DNA of 64,000 bases from Lama guanicoe (taxonomy: Eukaryota), in NCBI GenBank assembly GCA_013239625.1, contig MU054187.1, forward strand, positions 12,503,325 through 12,567,324, written 5' to 3'. The translations under genes were made by a program, and so were the position numbers. Under the pieces are notes generated by a model, which saw only the letters and a list, made by a program, of their open reading frames with translations, made no database searches and had not been told where the DNA came from. Of this stretch, positions 12,385 through 26,179 are shown piece after piece. Within the stretch, counting starts at the first letter, position 1. The number at the start of each line of letters is the position of its first letter.

Positions 12385-15360
12385 AAAGGCAGATGAACAG
12401 CAGGAGGTGGTTGGACCAGGGAGAAAAATCCAACAGTAGTATGAACATCAGAAAATGAGAAGAATAGATGGATAGAGTGACTTGTATTTGAGGAAATGGC
12501 CAAGGACTCTGGAGGTGTGTAGTTAGTAGGACTTCTGAAATAATCTTGGCAGGCACAGGTAGAGGTGGGGGTCTTAACTCTGAGTTTGTTATGCTTCCCA
12601 GAGGGTCCTAGTTCTCATGAACAGACAGGAGAATGGTTGTAGGTGAGTGGTTCCTGGGGAGATTGGTGCACGAGGACACAGCAGCAGATTGAGGAGATTC
12701 TTCATAATGTAGTGGAGACTTCCCTCTGCCAGGAAGGCCACCCAGTAGATCACTTTCGCCTGAGGAGAGTGAAATCATGAGAACATCCTTCTGTGCAAAA
12801 TACTTTGCTAAACTGCTTCTGAAATTGGAGGGCTTATGCCTCAGGGAACTTGTGACGGTTGAACTGACGTGATACCTTGTAGCCATCAGAAGAATGGTGT
12901 ATGGCTCAGTGCCTAGTAGAACCAAGGTCTTGGGGTGGTGGCCAAGGATTCTTTGGAGCTGTTTCCTTGTTTGCATCAGCCCTTGTGCTCGAAGACTAAG
13001 TTTACAGCACAAGTAGAAACAATTAAAATGTATGTAATTCTTGGCAATCCCCCAGGCACTGTTGATGTACATTATTAATTTTAACCTCATATGAACCAGG
13101 AATATAATGTTTTCCCTATTTCTGGTAAGGAAGCAGAGGCTAAGTAAAATAACTAGTTTAAGATTTTACAGCTATTAAATTTTAACACCCAAGAATGTGT
13201 TTATCTTATAAAGTTATGGTAAGATTTTACTAAACGTAAATATGGTGTTTTGTGTTTAATTGGTACATGTCAAAGTGAAATAATCATAAGGGAATATGTG
13301 AACGTGTTCCGTTAACAACAACAACATACATAATATCGATATCTGGATTAAAAGCAAAATGTGAACTTTAAAAAAAAAAACCCCAAAACCAACAATATAA
13401 TAGCAACTCATATTTATTGGGTGCCAAGCACTGTGCTAAATATGATGAACATTTAATACTCACAATGACTCCTTGAGTTAGGCAATATATCATTCTTTTT
13501 CTATAGATGAGGGATTGATTGGACAAATACATTACTAAACTGTTACTACCACCACTGGCACCACGATGATGAATGGGAATAGGAATAGGCCACATATAGG
13601 GAAATCAATTAATAGTTTATTTTAATTTAGGAAATGAGCAGTAGGCCAGGGAAGAAAAGAGAAAGAGAGAGATCCCTGAGACAGTGTAAGACAAATGATA
13701 GATTTCGTCCCTATGAATCGAGCCACTTTCATTTCCTAGGCTCTTTGTCAGTCCTGGTCATCTCCCGTGCCCACCAGCATTTTCTTTGGCCTTCGAATTG
13801 CATCTCCATCCTCAAACTTTAGCATAAATATTGCCCTGCTAAGTGGAGTGGGGATTAAATGAAATATGAGTGACTGAGGACAAATTCAGCTTGGGACGTG
13901 GGAGAATAGTGATGCTGTTTACCTAGATGGTGAGCTGGGAAGGGGAGGAATTAGGAAGATGAGGTTTTGGGGTAAGCAGAGGAGTTGAGTTTTAGCTATA
14001 TTGAGTTTCTTCACATTGATGTATGCACTTTGGGAGACAGCCTCGTGAAGAGTTCCTGCAGGTGGCAAAGGACTTTTAGACCTGGGGCTTTAGTGAAAGA
14101 TTCAAGCTCATCCATACATTTGGAAATTGTCCAGCATGGTGGCCACTCAAATGGATTAGCTCTGTAAAGTGGTGAATAAAAGAAAAAGAAGAGAACAAAT
14201 TTAGTCTTGGGGGTGCCCGTAATGAAGAGACTAAAGGGGGATCATGATCTCAACTATACATACAGCATTTAATAGCAATGATTTTCAGAATACTTTTGAA
14301 ACAGTAATTTCCCATGAAGCCTCCATAAACTCTAGATGATGAAACTTTTAAAAGCTCCCAATATTCTTTCACTCTTTAATCCTAATAACTGATTTATTTG
14401 AGGCTTAAATGCTATTGCAAGGAATGCACTGGTCCCAAAGATAGTATTATTAGAGATTGAAGTTGAAATTCATTAAAGTATACTAAATGAGATAAGTAAT
14501 AAAATAGGGGAGAGAAAAGGACAATAGTTATATTAAAGAACTGAATTCCAAGAAAAACCGCCAAGACTAGCTTCCAGGAAGTCAAGGCAAAATGTGAACG
14601 TGGTGAGGTAACTAGATATTTGTCCCATGGAAAGCATTTGAAACATAGTTAATTACTAGTGTCACATGGATCCTCCCTAACCTGGATATTAACATGGGTC
14701 TTACATAGAGTCAGGGGAGCTGTGCGTGTTTAAAAGTTCCCCAGGTGATTCTAATAATTAGTCAAATTTGACAAGCTCTAGTCTAATAAAGGAAACAGTT
14801 CACAGGTGAGAAAATCTATTTTTTCTAGCTCTGAAATCTGAGAGATTTTGTTCCATGAACACTGAAGAATGTGGAATAATAAAAGAGACAATGTCCTTAA
14901 TAGCATTGAAAAGGAGAAACCAGGTAGGGATTTTATATGTGTGGATCTCACACTGACCTTTGACGAAATAAAACCCAACAACATAATACTAAATTATAAT
15001 TCTGTTCATGTTAAAAAAAGAACCATCTGCGTCAAATGGAAAAAAATTATATTCCTCGGTCATTTTCAGAAATTCTGATTCAGTAAATCTGGTTAAGGAC
15101 CAGAAATTTGCTCATTTGTAATAAGCACCCCGGTTGCTAGTGATGAAAGTGGTTCAAGACCATATTTTTGTACCAAGAGACCGGATGGTTAATAATATTC
15201 CTTAGAGTTTCAGGGTTAGATATAAAATCTTGGGATATACCATTTGTGATAGATATTTTTGTTATTTTTGAAAATCGAAGCAGGGGAAGAACCAGGATTA
15301 ATCTACTTCCACAGAGTAGGTGGGGAAAACTTCTGTGGTATGAAACCAGAGAGCTGCTGC

Positions 15361-15495
15361 TTTTTTTTTTTTTTATGGTGGGGAAAAAGAGGTAATTAGG
15401 TTATTTATTTACCTTTAATGGAGGTACTGGGGATTGAACCCAGGACCCTGTGCATGCTAGGCATGTGCTCTACCACTGAGCTATACCCTCCCCCC
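15361..15495 (-). mobile_element. tRNA-derived SINE (Vic-1-like)
   Basis: Reverse complement GGGGGAGGGTATAGCTCAGTGGTAGAGCACATGCCTAGCATGCACAGGGTCCTGGGTTCAATCCCCAGTACCTCC with A and B boxes; ACCTAATTACCTC tail motif; imperfect TSD AGAGAGCT. Confidence 0.88.
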
Positions 15496-16789
15496 GAGAG
15501 AGCTTCTTTTAGTGAAAAATTTCTTCTGCCCTTTGGGGAAAACATTAAACGCATAGGCTGCATCACATGCCAGGAGAATAGATGTTGGTCTCACTAAAAG
15601 GAAGAAATGGATAATAGAATTGACATTCTGTTATCATAGGTGATGATTTAGCATTCTCAGCCTGCCATTTCCTTTCCTCTCTTATCCTCCAACACATTTT
15701 AAAATCAGTGTTTACATATTATTGCCTATGTAAAATTGCAGAATCAGATAGTATTTTGCAATTATTTCCTTCCTAGCATAGCCTTTTTTGGGAATCAATA
15801 ATTGCCTCGTTTTTCCCCCACCAATGTGGTTTTCAATTAACTGATCGTTCTTTCAGTTGCTCAACCAGAGCTGTTGTATGACTGCCAGCAGGTTTTTTTT
15901 TTCCCCCACTAAAGGCTCAACCATACCAGATAATCAATTCCATTTCCCCTGACCCTGAGATCTCTTTCTAAAGCCTCTACCTCCTTTTGCTCCGATCTGG
16001 AGCAGGCTTTGGGGACACCTTTGTGTTAGAACTCACTTTTGATATTTTTCTAGGTTGGATTTACTATTTTAATTGTGGGCTTTCCTTTTTCTTGTTTTTC
16101 TGGAGCACATTATCTAGCAATTCCCTAGAGAGAGGTGCATGGCAGATAGAATTTTTGAGCCCTTAATGCTCACAAGGTCGATAGTTTGGTTGGTTATAAA
16201 CCTTGACATAATTTCTCCCTCAGGTTTTGGAAGGTATTATGTCCTAATACCCACTGTTACACAGAAAAAGCCAGCACCATTTTGATTCATGCTCCCTTCT
16301 GAGTGATTCCAGCCCCCCAGTCCTTCCATCACTCCCATACCCTGGAATCTTTTAAGAGCTTCTCTTTACTCCTGATGTTCTGAAATTTGGCAATGGCATG
16401 ACTTGATTGCTCTTGGTTGTTCTATCTTTCTTACATTGCTGGGCATGGAGTAGACCCTTTCAATGGAAAGACTCATGTCCTTCGGTTCTGGGAAATTTTT
16501 GTGTATTACTTCTTTGATATTTTCTGCCTGTTTTCAGTTCTGTTTTTCGGTACCCCCTATTACTTCGATGTTGTACTTCTTGGTTTTCTTTTAAAAAGTC
16601 TTCTTTTTTGTTTTTCATCTTTGATGTTGTTTTCCAAAAACTTTCTCAACTTGGTTTTCCAACCTATTTATTTTGGTTATATATTTTTATTTTCCAAGGC
16701 TTTTTCATAGAGCTACTTTTTATAGTACCCTGTTCTTGTTTTATAAATTATATTACCTTCTCTTATCTCTCTAAGGGTACTAAGAATTA

Positions 16790-16947
16790 CAGGGAAATAT
16801 ATACAAGATCTTGTGGTAGCTCACAGTGAAAAAGAATGTGACAATGAATATATGTGTGTTCATGTATAACTGAAAAATTGTGCTCTACACTGGAAATTGG
16901 CCCAACATTGTAAAATGACTATAACTCAATTAACAAAAGTAATAAAA
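16790..16947 (+). mobile_element. Short L1 3' end nested in older degenerate L1-like sequence
   Basis: Nearly colinear with the long L1 3'UTR; 17-bp TSD AAGG(G/A)TACTAA(G/T)AATTA at 16773-16789 and 16948-16964. Confidence 0.85.
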
Positions 16948-19900
16948 AAGGATACTAATAATTAAAAAAATTTTTTTTCTACAGTCTTTTTTCTTTACTC
17001 CTGCTTGTTTTGCATCTTCCTGATGACATTTGGATTTCTGTTTATGTTAACAGATACTGATTGGAAACTATATATGTGTGGGTGGGGGTATGAGAGGGTT
17101 TGTCAAATTATAGGCCTCACTGGAGATACGGCCATTGCGTTGGAGAACCCACATATAACTGTATGTGAAAGTTTTTTTCTCTCTAGATTATTTACTTTCT
17201 CCTGAGATGAAATTTCTAGTCTTCTACCTGGCATTCATCTATTTGGAAGCCACTGTTCTGGGGAAAGGTGGGAAAAGGGGAATGGAGATCTACTGTTCTA
17301 ACTTTCACTTAATTTTTTTTTTTTCAAGCTTTTCGCACTGGATGAAACTTTGGTCTCTTCTTTGGGGTGGTGGTTGGCTGACTGTTTAGCGCATATAAGC
17401 TTTCACCAATCCCACTTTTAGAACAGAGCTGTACCCCCACTTTCTGCAGAACCTGGTGCTGCCAAGTTCTAATCTCAAAGGGTGGTTAGGGTGAGCCGGC
17501 TCCCTCCCCTCCTGCAGCGATTTTAGTCTATAGTTTCATCACTTCCCTGGCTCCATTCGCTGTCTTTCAAAATTAGGTTAAGATCTCTGCAAACCCCTCT
17601 TGTGCTGTCTTCTCAGGCTTGTACCTTTTACTATTATGTTTTATCTGTATCTCTGTAAACTTAATATATACTGTTTTTTATTGGGTCTTGGAAAGGAGTG
17701 GCAACAAACATGTGATCCATCAGCCACAGATTGGCAGTACCTAAGAATTACCTTTTCAAAGAATAATGCTTAATGGGCTTTGAAAAACTGCCTACAATGT
17801 TAATGGCTTCTAATGCGGATTTGTTGGAGTCAGGATTTTAGCATTTTCGAGGAATCTTTCAGGATAAAATTGGTAATCAACAGTCACTTTGTTGAAAATT
17901 TAATGTGATGTTATATAATAATGGATAAAATAAACACAAATAGCACATAAAATTTAATCCTATTGACCGTCCCTTCTTGGATACCTCTCTTGGTGGCTGT
18001 CACACCACTCTCCCAGTGATTATCCCATCCTTGATCAAGCTTCCTTAAATCTTCCTTGCTCTTTCTCTTCCTGCATGCCCACCCGAAGGTCTACACATTT
18101 ACCTGTTGCTTTCATTGCAGCCTCAGTGCTGGGACTTCCTACTTTCTCTCTAACCCTGACCGTTAGCATCTCTGTAGATTGGGGTGCAAATCAGCTTTCC
18201 ATCTTCCCCGTGGGCATGTATCTCCCCTCTGCTCTGGGAGACTAGCTCAGTAGATCCTGTAAGACAGACTTGGGCCTTTTATTTTGATTAAAATGTTTTA
18301 TTATTTCTATTTTGAATAAGCAATACATTCAAATAATTTAAAAGTCCAAAGATGTAAAAGGGTAGACTGTGATGATTCCAGGCTCATCCCTTGTCCCTCA
18401 GTTACCCGTAAGTTCTCCTCCTGGGAGGTAATCAATGTTACCAGTTAAAATTTTTTGGGGGGGTAATTTTTAGAAATATTTTCTCCATACACAAGTAAAT
18501 ATACTTACACATGCCCCTCCCCCATTCTCCATTTTAATTCCAGATGTTTTTCAAAAGGTCAAGCATCGATGTGACTGGAACTAAAAATTTCACAATCAGT
18601 ATTTCAAATATTGAATCTCTTTCCCCCTTCCAAAACAAAGAATCCTTTTAAGCTCTGCCCAAAGTGAAAAGAGGGGAAAGACTGATGAGTTTTCCTGCCG
18701 CAACAATGCCTGGAAATCGGTAGCAAGATTCACGCTGGTGCATGGTGCTGGTGAGCAAGAGAGACCCAGAAATCCAGCGCTGGCAGAACAGGAGTTGGCC
18801 CAGTCAGTCTGTGAGCTACCGCAGAGGGCTCTGATTTATTTATTACCTATTTCACACACCCTGGAAAGAAGGGAAAGCTATTCAGTAAGGACTCAATACT
18901 GGTCCAGGATCCTCCTCTGACTCTCTTCTCCAACTGAGAAAAGATCTCACCCACTCTGACCACAGGGGTAGGCACGGGACCAAAGCTGGGCCAAATCTAG
19001 TACCTCAAGTTTCCTTGACCACAGGGACTGGCTTAAGGACTGGGTCAGGAGCCAGGATAAACCAAGAATCCTTCCCCCTAGGATTTTCCAGACTGAAGCT
19101 GGAAGAACCAGCTTTCCTGGCTGGTTGTGAGTGGTTAGGATATGAGCCCAGGGCTTCCCGTAACCACGACCCCCACGATGTGAGGAAGCCAGTCTGCTGT
19201 GGGAGCTCTAACCCAAAGGGGGAGAAAAAGAGGGACATTTGGGGTTGTATTGATGGGATCCAAATCCTCGTTACTGTTTACTCTTCTCAGGTTGGTTACA
19301 AGTGCCAACCAACTTCTCTTTTTGCTTCCACTAGTTGAAAATTAGTTTTTGTTACCTGCAACAAAGTATATCCTATCTAGTTAGCCCCATTCTATGTATC
19401 TAAGTGCTTACTAGGCATCTCCCTCTGATGTTCCTTGGTATTTCAAACTCACATCTATAGTACAGTGTGCATCGTTCCTCCCTTCCCCACTTTACCTACC
19501 CCACTTTCTGTGCTCCCTCGTCCTGGCTAGCAACCCAGCAACTATGGCAGCTGCTTAAAGCCAGAAACCTACAGCTCTACTGGACTTCCTTTCCACCTGA
19601 TCCCCATCCCTCAAGACCTAATCAGCCTCTAAGTTCTGTTTCTCTTCTTAAATATTTCTCAGATCTGTTACCCTGTCTTCTACTACCTTTGAGACTCCTT
19701 TGACTTCTTTTTTCCTTCTCCCACTGTATTGAAAAGGCCATCTCAGAATGCTTACCCTGCTGTACTGCCTCTGCTGAATGGGGTACCCTTCTGATAAAAT
19801 TTCCTGTGATCCTCCTGGTCCCAGATGATTGGTCTAGAGCAGTTACCATAAGGCCTGATCAGTAACGTGTAAGACAGGATGGCAGGAAAGCTCTCAGAAA

Positions 19901-21329
19901 GGGACACGGAAGATTAATTACACCAGTTGGGTCCTCTTCTGTGAAAACTGAATCTGAGACAGCTAGAGGGCTGCTCAGCGGTTGCAAAACAGAAGCTGAA
20001 GATTTATAGAGAGAGGGCAGAGGGGTGACAAGGAGGATGTAGAAACTCTTGAATAAGCAGAAAATGGGTAAGTAGAAGCTATGAATAATCCACAACTCCT
20101 GGGTTATTGAACAGAGGGTAACATAATTGGCTGGAGTGACAGAAACAAAAGGAAGAACAAATGTATTATAGTGGCTGGGGAAAAACTTGCTGTTTAGGAA
20201 GCAACAAAATGATACTAACCCTGCCCTGGACCACCGCCCACTTTCCAGTTGCTAAGTTGTGTTACTCCAGCCTGTGTGAAGCATGGTTGGATGACAGTGC
20301 ACTGGCTCCTGTGACTTTCCTTGTTTTCAGGAGATGCTTCTCAGCCCTGTGACCTCGACCCACAAATACTATTCGATATAGTCTGGTTATGTAAATTAGT
20401 TCCTCAACCACGTGATGCTTTGCCGTATCTCTGTTTACATGCATACACTATTTCTTCCAACTGGAACGAGTCTTCTCATCTCCCAAACGCCCCTAACTTC
20501 ATCACCTGGCTGCCACTGACTCAGCTTTCAAGACTGGGCTTAGGCTCCTCTAAGCAGCTTTCTGTAACCCAACCAGGTTATATATACACTCCTCCTTTAC
20601 TCCAAACAGACTTACTGATAACTGCATATTGTAACTGTGTGTCTCCACGACTAGAATTCGAGCTTCTTTTGAGAGCTGAGATGCTGTTTTGTTCCCCTTT
20701 GTACCCCCCGGGCCTGGCCCAGAACCCACACAAAGCAGATACTTAGTTAACACCGTGGTTTTTGTTAAAGCTCAGTTGCCTAGACTTTAAATAACCAAGT
20801 TTAGTAACCTCCCATTATCAGCCCTTTCAGTAGATCCACTTGCAGCTTGAAGTGTGCCGTGGTGCCTTTAGAAAAACAGTGAGTCCATGGCTTTGTGCAT
20901 GTGGTTCCCCCAGTTCAGAATGCCCTTCTCACCCCTGTGTCCTAACTTCTTCCAAGAATGGAAGTAGGGAGACCAGAGTTAAGGGTTGTTGTAGTAATCC
21001 AGGCAAGAGAGGATGATGGCCTGGACTAAGAAGTATGGATGGAGTAAGATACTGATAAATCCTAGAAGTGCGACGGTCAGGAAGTCCTTGGTAGAGAACT
21101 CAGTATGAGATGGGGGAGCACATCAGGAGTGACTACTGGGTTTTCTGCTTTGATCAGCTGAATGGTGTTTTCATTTAGAGACAGGAACGAATGGAGAGAC
21201 AAATAAGAGGTAACTAAACATTTACATATTCATAGACTCAGCTTTCTTGTCTAAATTCTGTGGATGTGTGCTATACATAGGGATGGGAGTACTGGTTTTT
21301 CTTTTCTGGTGTTGGTGAGGATACTTAGT

Positions 21330-22167
21330 TATTATTTTTTAAATTTGCCATTTTGACCATTTTTAAGTGTATGTTCAGTGGCATTAAGGACATTCACTTT
21401 GATGTATGTACAATCATGACCACCATCTATCTCCAGGACTGTTTTCATCTTCCCAGACTGAAATTCCTTACCCTCTAAACAACAGCTCTCCATTTCTCCC
21501 TCTCCCTTAGCCCCTGGCATCTACCACTGTACTTTCTGTCTCTATGAATTTGACTAGTCCAGTTGCCACATGTAGGTGGAATCATACAGTATTTGATCTT
21601 TAGTGACTGGCTTATATCACTTAGCATAATGCCTTCACGTTTCATCCAGTTGTAACGTGTCAGAATTTCCCTTTTTTAAGGCTGAATAATATTCCATTTA
21701 CATATATACAACAGTTTTTTTGTTGTGGACACTTGGGTTGCTTCCACCTTTTGGCTATTTTGAATAATGGTGCCCTGAACCTGGGTGTACAAGAATCTGT
21801 TCAAGTCCCTGCTTTCAGTTTTTTTTTGGTACATACCCAGAAGTGGGATTGCTGGATCCTATGGTGATTCTGTTTTTTTGAGGAACGACTAGACTGTTTT
21901 CCACAGCAGCTGCACCATTTTACATTCTCACCAGCAATGTACAAGGGTTCCAATTTCTCCATATCCTCCCCAGCACTTGTTATTTTCCATTTTTTTGGAT
22001 AATAACCATCCTAATGGGCATGAAGTGGTATCTAATTGTGGTTTTAATTTGCATTTCCCTCATGATTAGTGATGTTGAACATCTTTTCATGTGCTTACTG
22101 GCCCTTTGTATGTCTTCTTGCGACAAATGCCCATTTTTGAATTGGGTTGTTTGTTTTTTGTTGTTGA
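21330..22167 (-). mobile_element. Older L1 (L1MB-like) 3' portion
   Basis: Typical antisense L1 3' text (GAATAATATTCCATT, CCCAGAAGTGGGATTGCTGGATC, TTGCATTTCCCTCATGATTAGTGATGTTGA). Confidence 0.8.
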
Positions 22168-23087
22168 CTTCACAGTTATTTTGTAATATGCAGTGGTTTC
22201 AGGAACACAACTGGTCTCCAGTGTTTAGAATGGTATGAAAGTGTTAGGGACCTTGGGAGAAGGGGCAGGAAGTGGTAATGATGGCAGAGAAAGTTTTTAT
22301 AAAGAATTTTAAGTTTTTAAGGAAGATTAAAGAAAGTATACTCTCAGAATTCTGAGTTCATTTTTGTATTGTCATTTGGCAACCTTCTGGGTTAAATAAG
22401 CATTGGTTGGCTCCTTTGAACCTAACCACTATTTGAAAACACTACTTATATTAAAAAATGCCCTGTCTTATAATCTTCCAATTTAAAAAAACTGTTGGTA
22501 TATAATTCACATAGATATTGATGATTGTTTATATACTAAAACCTAAAGGTGGAAAGTAAGTTGGTTGTGCTAATGGATTACAGAAATTATTTCTCTACAA
22601 CATCTTTAATTGGGAATTTAATATTTTTCTATTACCAAAGTTGATTTACATGAATCATTTGTGGAATTCCATTATAAGAAAATATACCTGATACAGAGCT
22701 GTAGAAATGATACATAATCATGATGTAATTGGTAGGAACATGAAAACAAAGCTGTTAGCTACAGATTTAGACAAATGCTGCAGAAAGGAGGGATTACATT
22801 GAAATCTGTGCTGTTCACTGAAGCAGCTAGAGAAAACAGTATTATTGAGCACTGATAATAGAAATAGACTATTTAAATACTATCTAAGAATACTATCCTG
22901 TTTAAATTACATACATATTATTACTTTAAAAGAAACTGTTTTATTTTACCTATTGAAAATGGATAAACTGTTGGATTTTGAATTTTTGGTAAAATGTTGT
23001 AAGAACCAGGTTAGATAAACAGCCAGTAGTACAGGTGTAAAATACAATTTTAGAATAAATATGATGCTATTTTAAAGTACAGCTATG

Positions 23088-23093
23088 TTTATT
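23088..23093 (-). terminator. LACTB2: Candidate LACTB2 polyadenylation signal (a second AATAAA lies at 22940-22945)
   Basis: AATAAA on the minus strand about 105 nt after the stop codon; usage cannot be shown from sequence. Confidence 0.5.
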
Positions 23094-23197
23094 TTTAATG
23101 TTCTACACTCTATATTCTTTGTAAATAATTCATGGTTAACAAAACATACATACCATCCTCTGAAAACAAAACAATAAAAACTTTCATTCATCTGAAA

Positions 23198-23241
23198 CTA
23201 AAGCTGAGCTTTCCATTTCTTGTCAGGATCCACATTGCTAA
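23198..23241 (-). CDS. LACTB2: LACTB2 exon 7 (terminal, 44 nt coding)
   Basis: Acceptor TTTCTTTCCACAG|; (F)SNVDPDKKWKAQL then TAG at 23198-23200; total CDS 867 nt. Confidence 0.93.
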
Positions 23242-23367
23242 CTGTGGAAAGAAAATTAGAGAGTAAAAATTTAACAACAGAAAAGCAAATCACTAGATTT
23301 TAAGTTATCTTGTAGCTAGAAAAAGCATTAACTCCTAAAATAATTCTGTTGCTCAATACAAAGCTGG

Positions 23368-23371
<4 letters not shown>

Positions 23372-23403
<32 letters not shown>
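23372..23403. repeat. (TG)16 microsatellite in LACTB2 intron 6
   Basis: Direct observation. Confidence 0.95.
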
Positions 23404-23406
<3 letters not shown>

Positions 23407-23911
23407 ATATATAAAAACATTGCTGAAGCTTCTACACAAAATCCAACTTTGAACCTCTTGATTTTAAGGCTCTAACTTCTAAGACTATTAATTTGATGAA
23501 TTAATTTCACATTAGTAAACAGTTATAGAATTACTGTTTTAATTTCTTTGACTTTACTACTGCTAAACCTTTGGCCAGTTCCCAAATCTTCTACGTGTAA
23601 AACTCTTCGTGGCCATGTGGTCTGGGAGTGGAGGAGCTATCTTCCTGCTATAGGCCTGAGACTGTCATTCTGGTGGGTGAGGACTGGAACCCCCACACGA
23701 GATTCTGATCCCCGTGGGAGCTTTTGCTCCTATTTGTGGTCCACTGGCCTTTCAAAACTGACCCTTTCTAGTGCCCGTCTCTCCAGTTTACAGTGACATT
23801 CCAGGGAGAACTCCGGTGGGTGGTGTTTTTCCTCAAAGGAAACTAGTTCATTTGTTAAAAAATATTTTAAATTGTGGTAGTAAAAGAACTGAAATTTGGT
23901 AGAATACTTAC

Positions 23912-23993
23912 ATATTTTTCCTTCTTTTTCTAATTTTTTCAAATGAAGCAAGACATTATGTTGGGCCATTTGATGTAAATACTCAGGAGTATT
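23912..23993 (-). CDS. LACTB2: LACTB2 exon 6 (82 nt)
   Basis: [39 protein letters not shown]; phase consistent with neighbours. Confidence 0.94.
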
Positions 23994-26032
23994 CTAAAAG
24001 CAAAATGAGTGACAGTAAAACATTTCTTTTTTAGAAAAGAACAGAGCTGATCTTTTTGAAACTTTTAAAGAAAAAATGCCAAAGAAGAAAATTTTAACTC
24101 AAATACATTTTTATATGGTAATAATCAAAACAATTTCATCTTGTACATGCCTCGCTCCAGGTCACTGTATTATGAGAAATCTATTTATAGATAAAATAGA
24201 CGTAAGCTCCGTAAAGACAGTAGTGTATCTGTTTTGTTCACTACTGAATACCCAGTGCTTGGCAAAATGGCACACAGTGGGAACTCAATATTTTATTAAT
24301 GAATAAATAAATGTAAAAATTATTCTAGATAGTTTTGCTACAGACAATTGGCCCAATGGTTTATTTATTAGGTTACATGATAAGATCTTTGCACATTTTT
24401 ATAAAATTATATGTATTTCAAGCTTAAAATTTATCCTTCCCCAGACTTCTCTTAAATACTGATGTTTATACTGAATTGTATTACTGACGTGCTTCTCTTT
24501 TTACTCAACCTGTTTGCCACATCAACATTATGAATTAATGATTCCCAAGTATAAACCTCCAACCCCAAACTCTGCCTTAAGCTCCAGCACCATGCATTAT
24601 ATCCACCAGCGTGATTTTCTAGATCTCATTATGTGATTTCCCTGCCTAAGATCCTTCAGTGGTCATTCCCAGCTTATTGGCTGAAGCCCACGTTTTTTAG
24701 CATGGCAACCAAGGGCTTCCCATGACCTGCTCATGCCTGCCTTTCCCGCCTCATTTCCTGGGACCCCTGACCCCTTTCCCACCCATCCACAATATGCATT
24801 CTGGCCTCCAGTCGAATGCATTTTCTTTGTGGGTTTTCAAACATGCACGATGCTTTTATGACTCCCAGTGTTTGAATACATCTTTCCTTCTGTCTAGAAT
24901 GACTTCCCTTCCCCTGTACTCTGGCCTGGGGAATGCTTACTCTTTCAAGATCTAATTCAATAGTTAAGTTTCTGAAGCTTTTTCAGACAAGCCTCATCAC
25001 CCTGCATCTTCACCAGGTAGACCTGATTCCTCTTTCCTTTATGCTGTGACATACTGTGTATAGGCCTTGGAGGAAGCTTGGAGTGACAGAAAACACAAGA
25101 TTTGAGTATCTGACTTCTGACATTTGAGTATGTGACAGCTAATAGTTTGTGCCCTCAGAAAAATTATTTGGCTCACACTTTTTCTGTCAGTTTTTTTCTT
25201 AACCTGTTAAGTTGGAATAATAGTATCTTTTATCTAGTGAAAATTCAAGGTACTTGAAATTAAGTACCTCAAATTACTGTTGTAAATGTGATGCATTTAG
25301 TACAGTGTCTAACACATAATAACGTGCTCAAAAAATGGGAGCTATTATGAAAGAGCCAGTACTACAAGTATCCATTGAACATGTCTGTGTTCTCTAAACT
25401 GTGAGTCCTTCAAGGGCAGGGATCTGTAGTCATCTTTGTATCTCTGCACCTAGTCCAGTACGTGGCACGTGAGGGCATTCAGAAAATTCATTCCGTGTGC
25501 GGAATGAATAAATGTCTCTATAATGCCGAATGCCGTTCTGTATGCAACAGGTGCTGCGGACATACGCACAGTGAACACACCTCTGAATGCAGATCCAGCA
25601 TGTTGCAGGCACACACCTGCACACTTGGATGACTCACCTGTGAGGGTTATCAGAGAGTTCTGCTGTCTGTACTTAAGTTAGGAAAAAAGATCAGTGTATC
25701 AGTGTATCGTCCAGTGGCTTTACTGGAGCATTGAGAGGAAATGAAGTCTTCCACAGAATTTAAATATTTACATTACCCTTTTACTCCTGGCACTTTTCAT
25801 CTTCAGCCCTTTTACTCATTCATCCCTTCCTTGTAATACAAAGAGCACTGAGTATGAGTTAACTGGTTTTGGATAACTTAGGCCTATGGGACATGAAGGT
25901 CCTTTACTAACTGAAACTGGCCCAATTCCTTTTCAAGCTTGTCTTTAGTTAGGCTCTCAGGTATCTTATGGCTGTAGTTGTGGCAGTGGGAGTTTGAAAA
26001 CCTAGGTAATCTTATTCCAAAGCCTACATTCT

Positions 26033-26179
26033 TTTTCTCTTTTGGTGGTGGTGGGGATATAATTAGGTTTGTTTATTTATTTATTTTTACAGCCGGCACT
26101 GGGGATTGAACCCAGGACCTTGTGCATGCTAAGCATGCACTCTATCACTTGAGCCATATTCCTCGCCCCTCCCCACCTG
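26033..26179 (-). mobile_element. tRNA-derived SINE (Vic-1-like)
   Basis: CTGGGGATTGAACCCAGGACCTTGTGCATGCTAAGCATGCACTCT; TSD CAAAGC(C/T)TAC(A/C)TTCTT on both sides. Confidence 0.85.

Noticed and set aside
23730..23911. ORF extension past LACTB2 exon 6
   Set aside because: A consensus GTAAGT donor and an in-phase exon 7 explain it; the extension is intron read-through.
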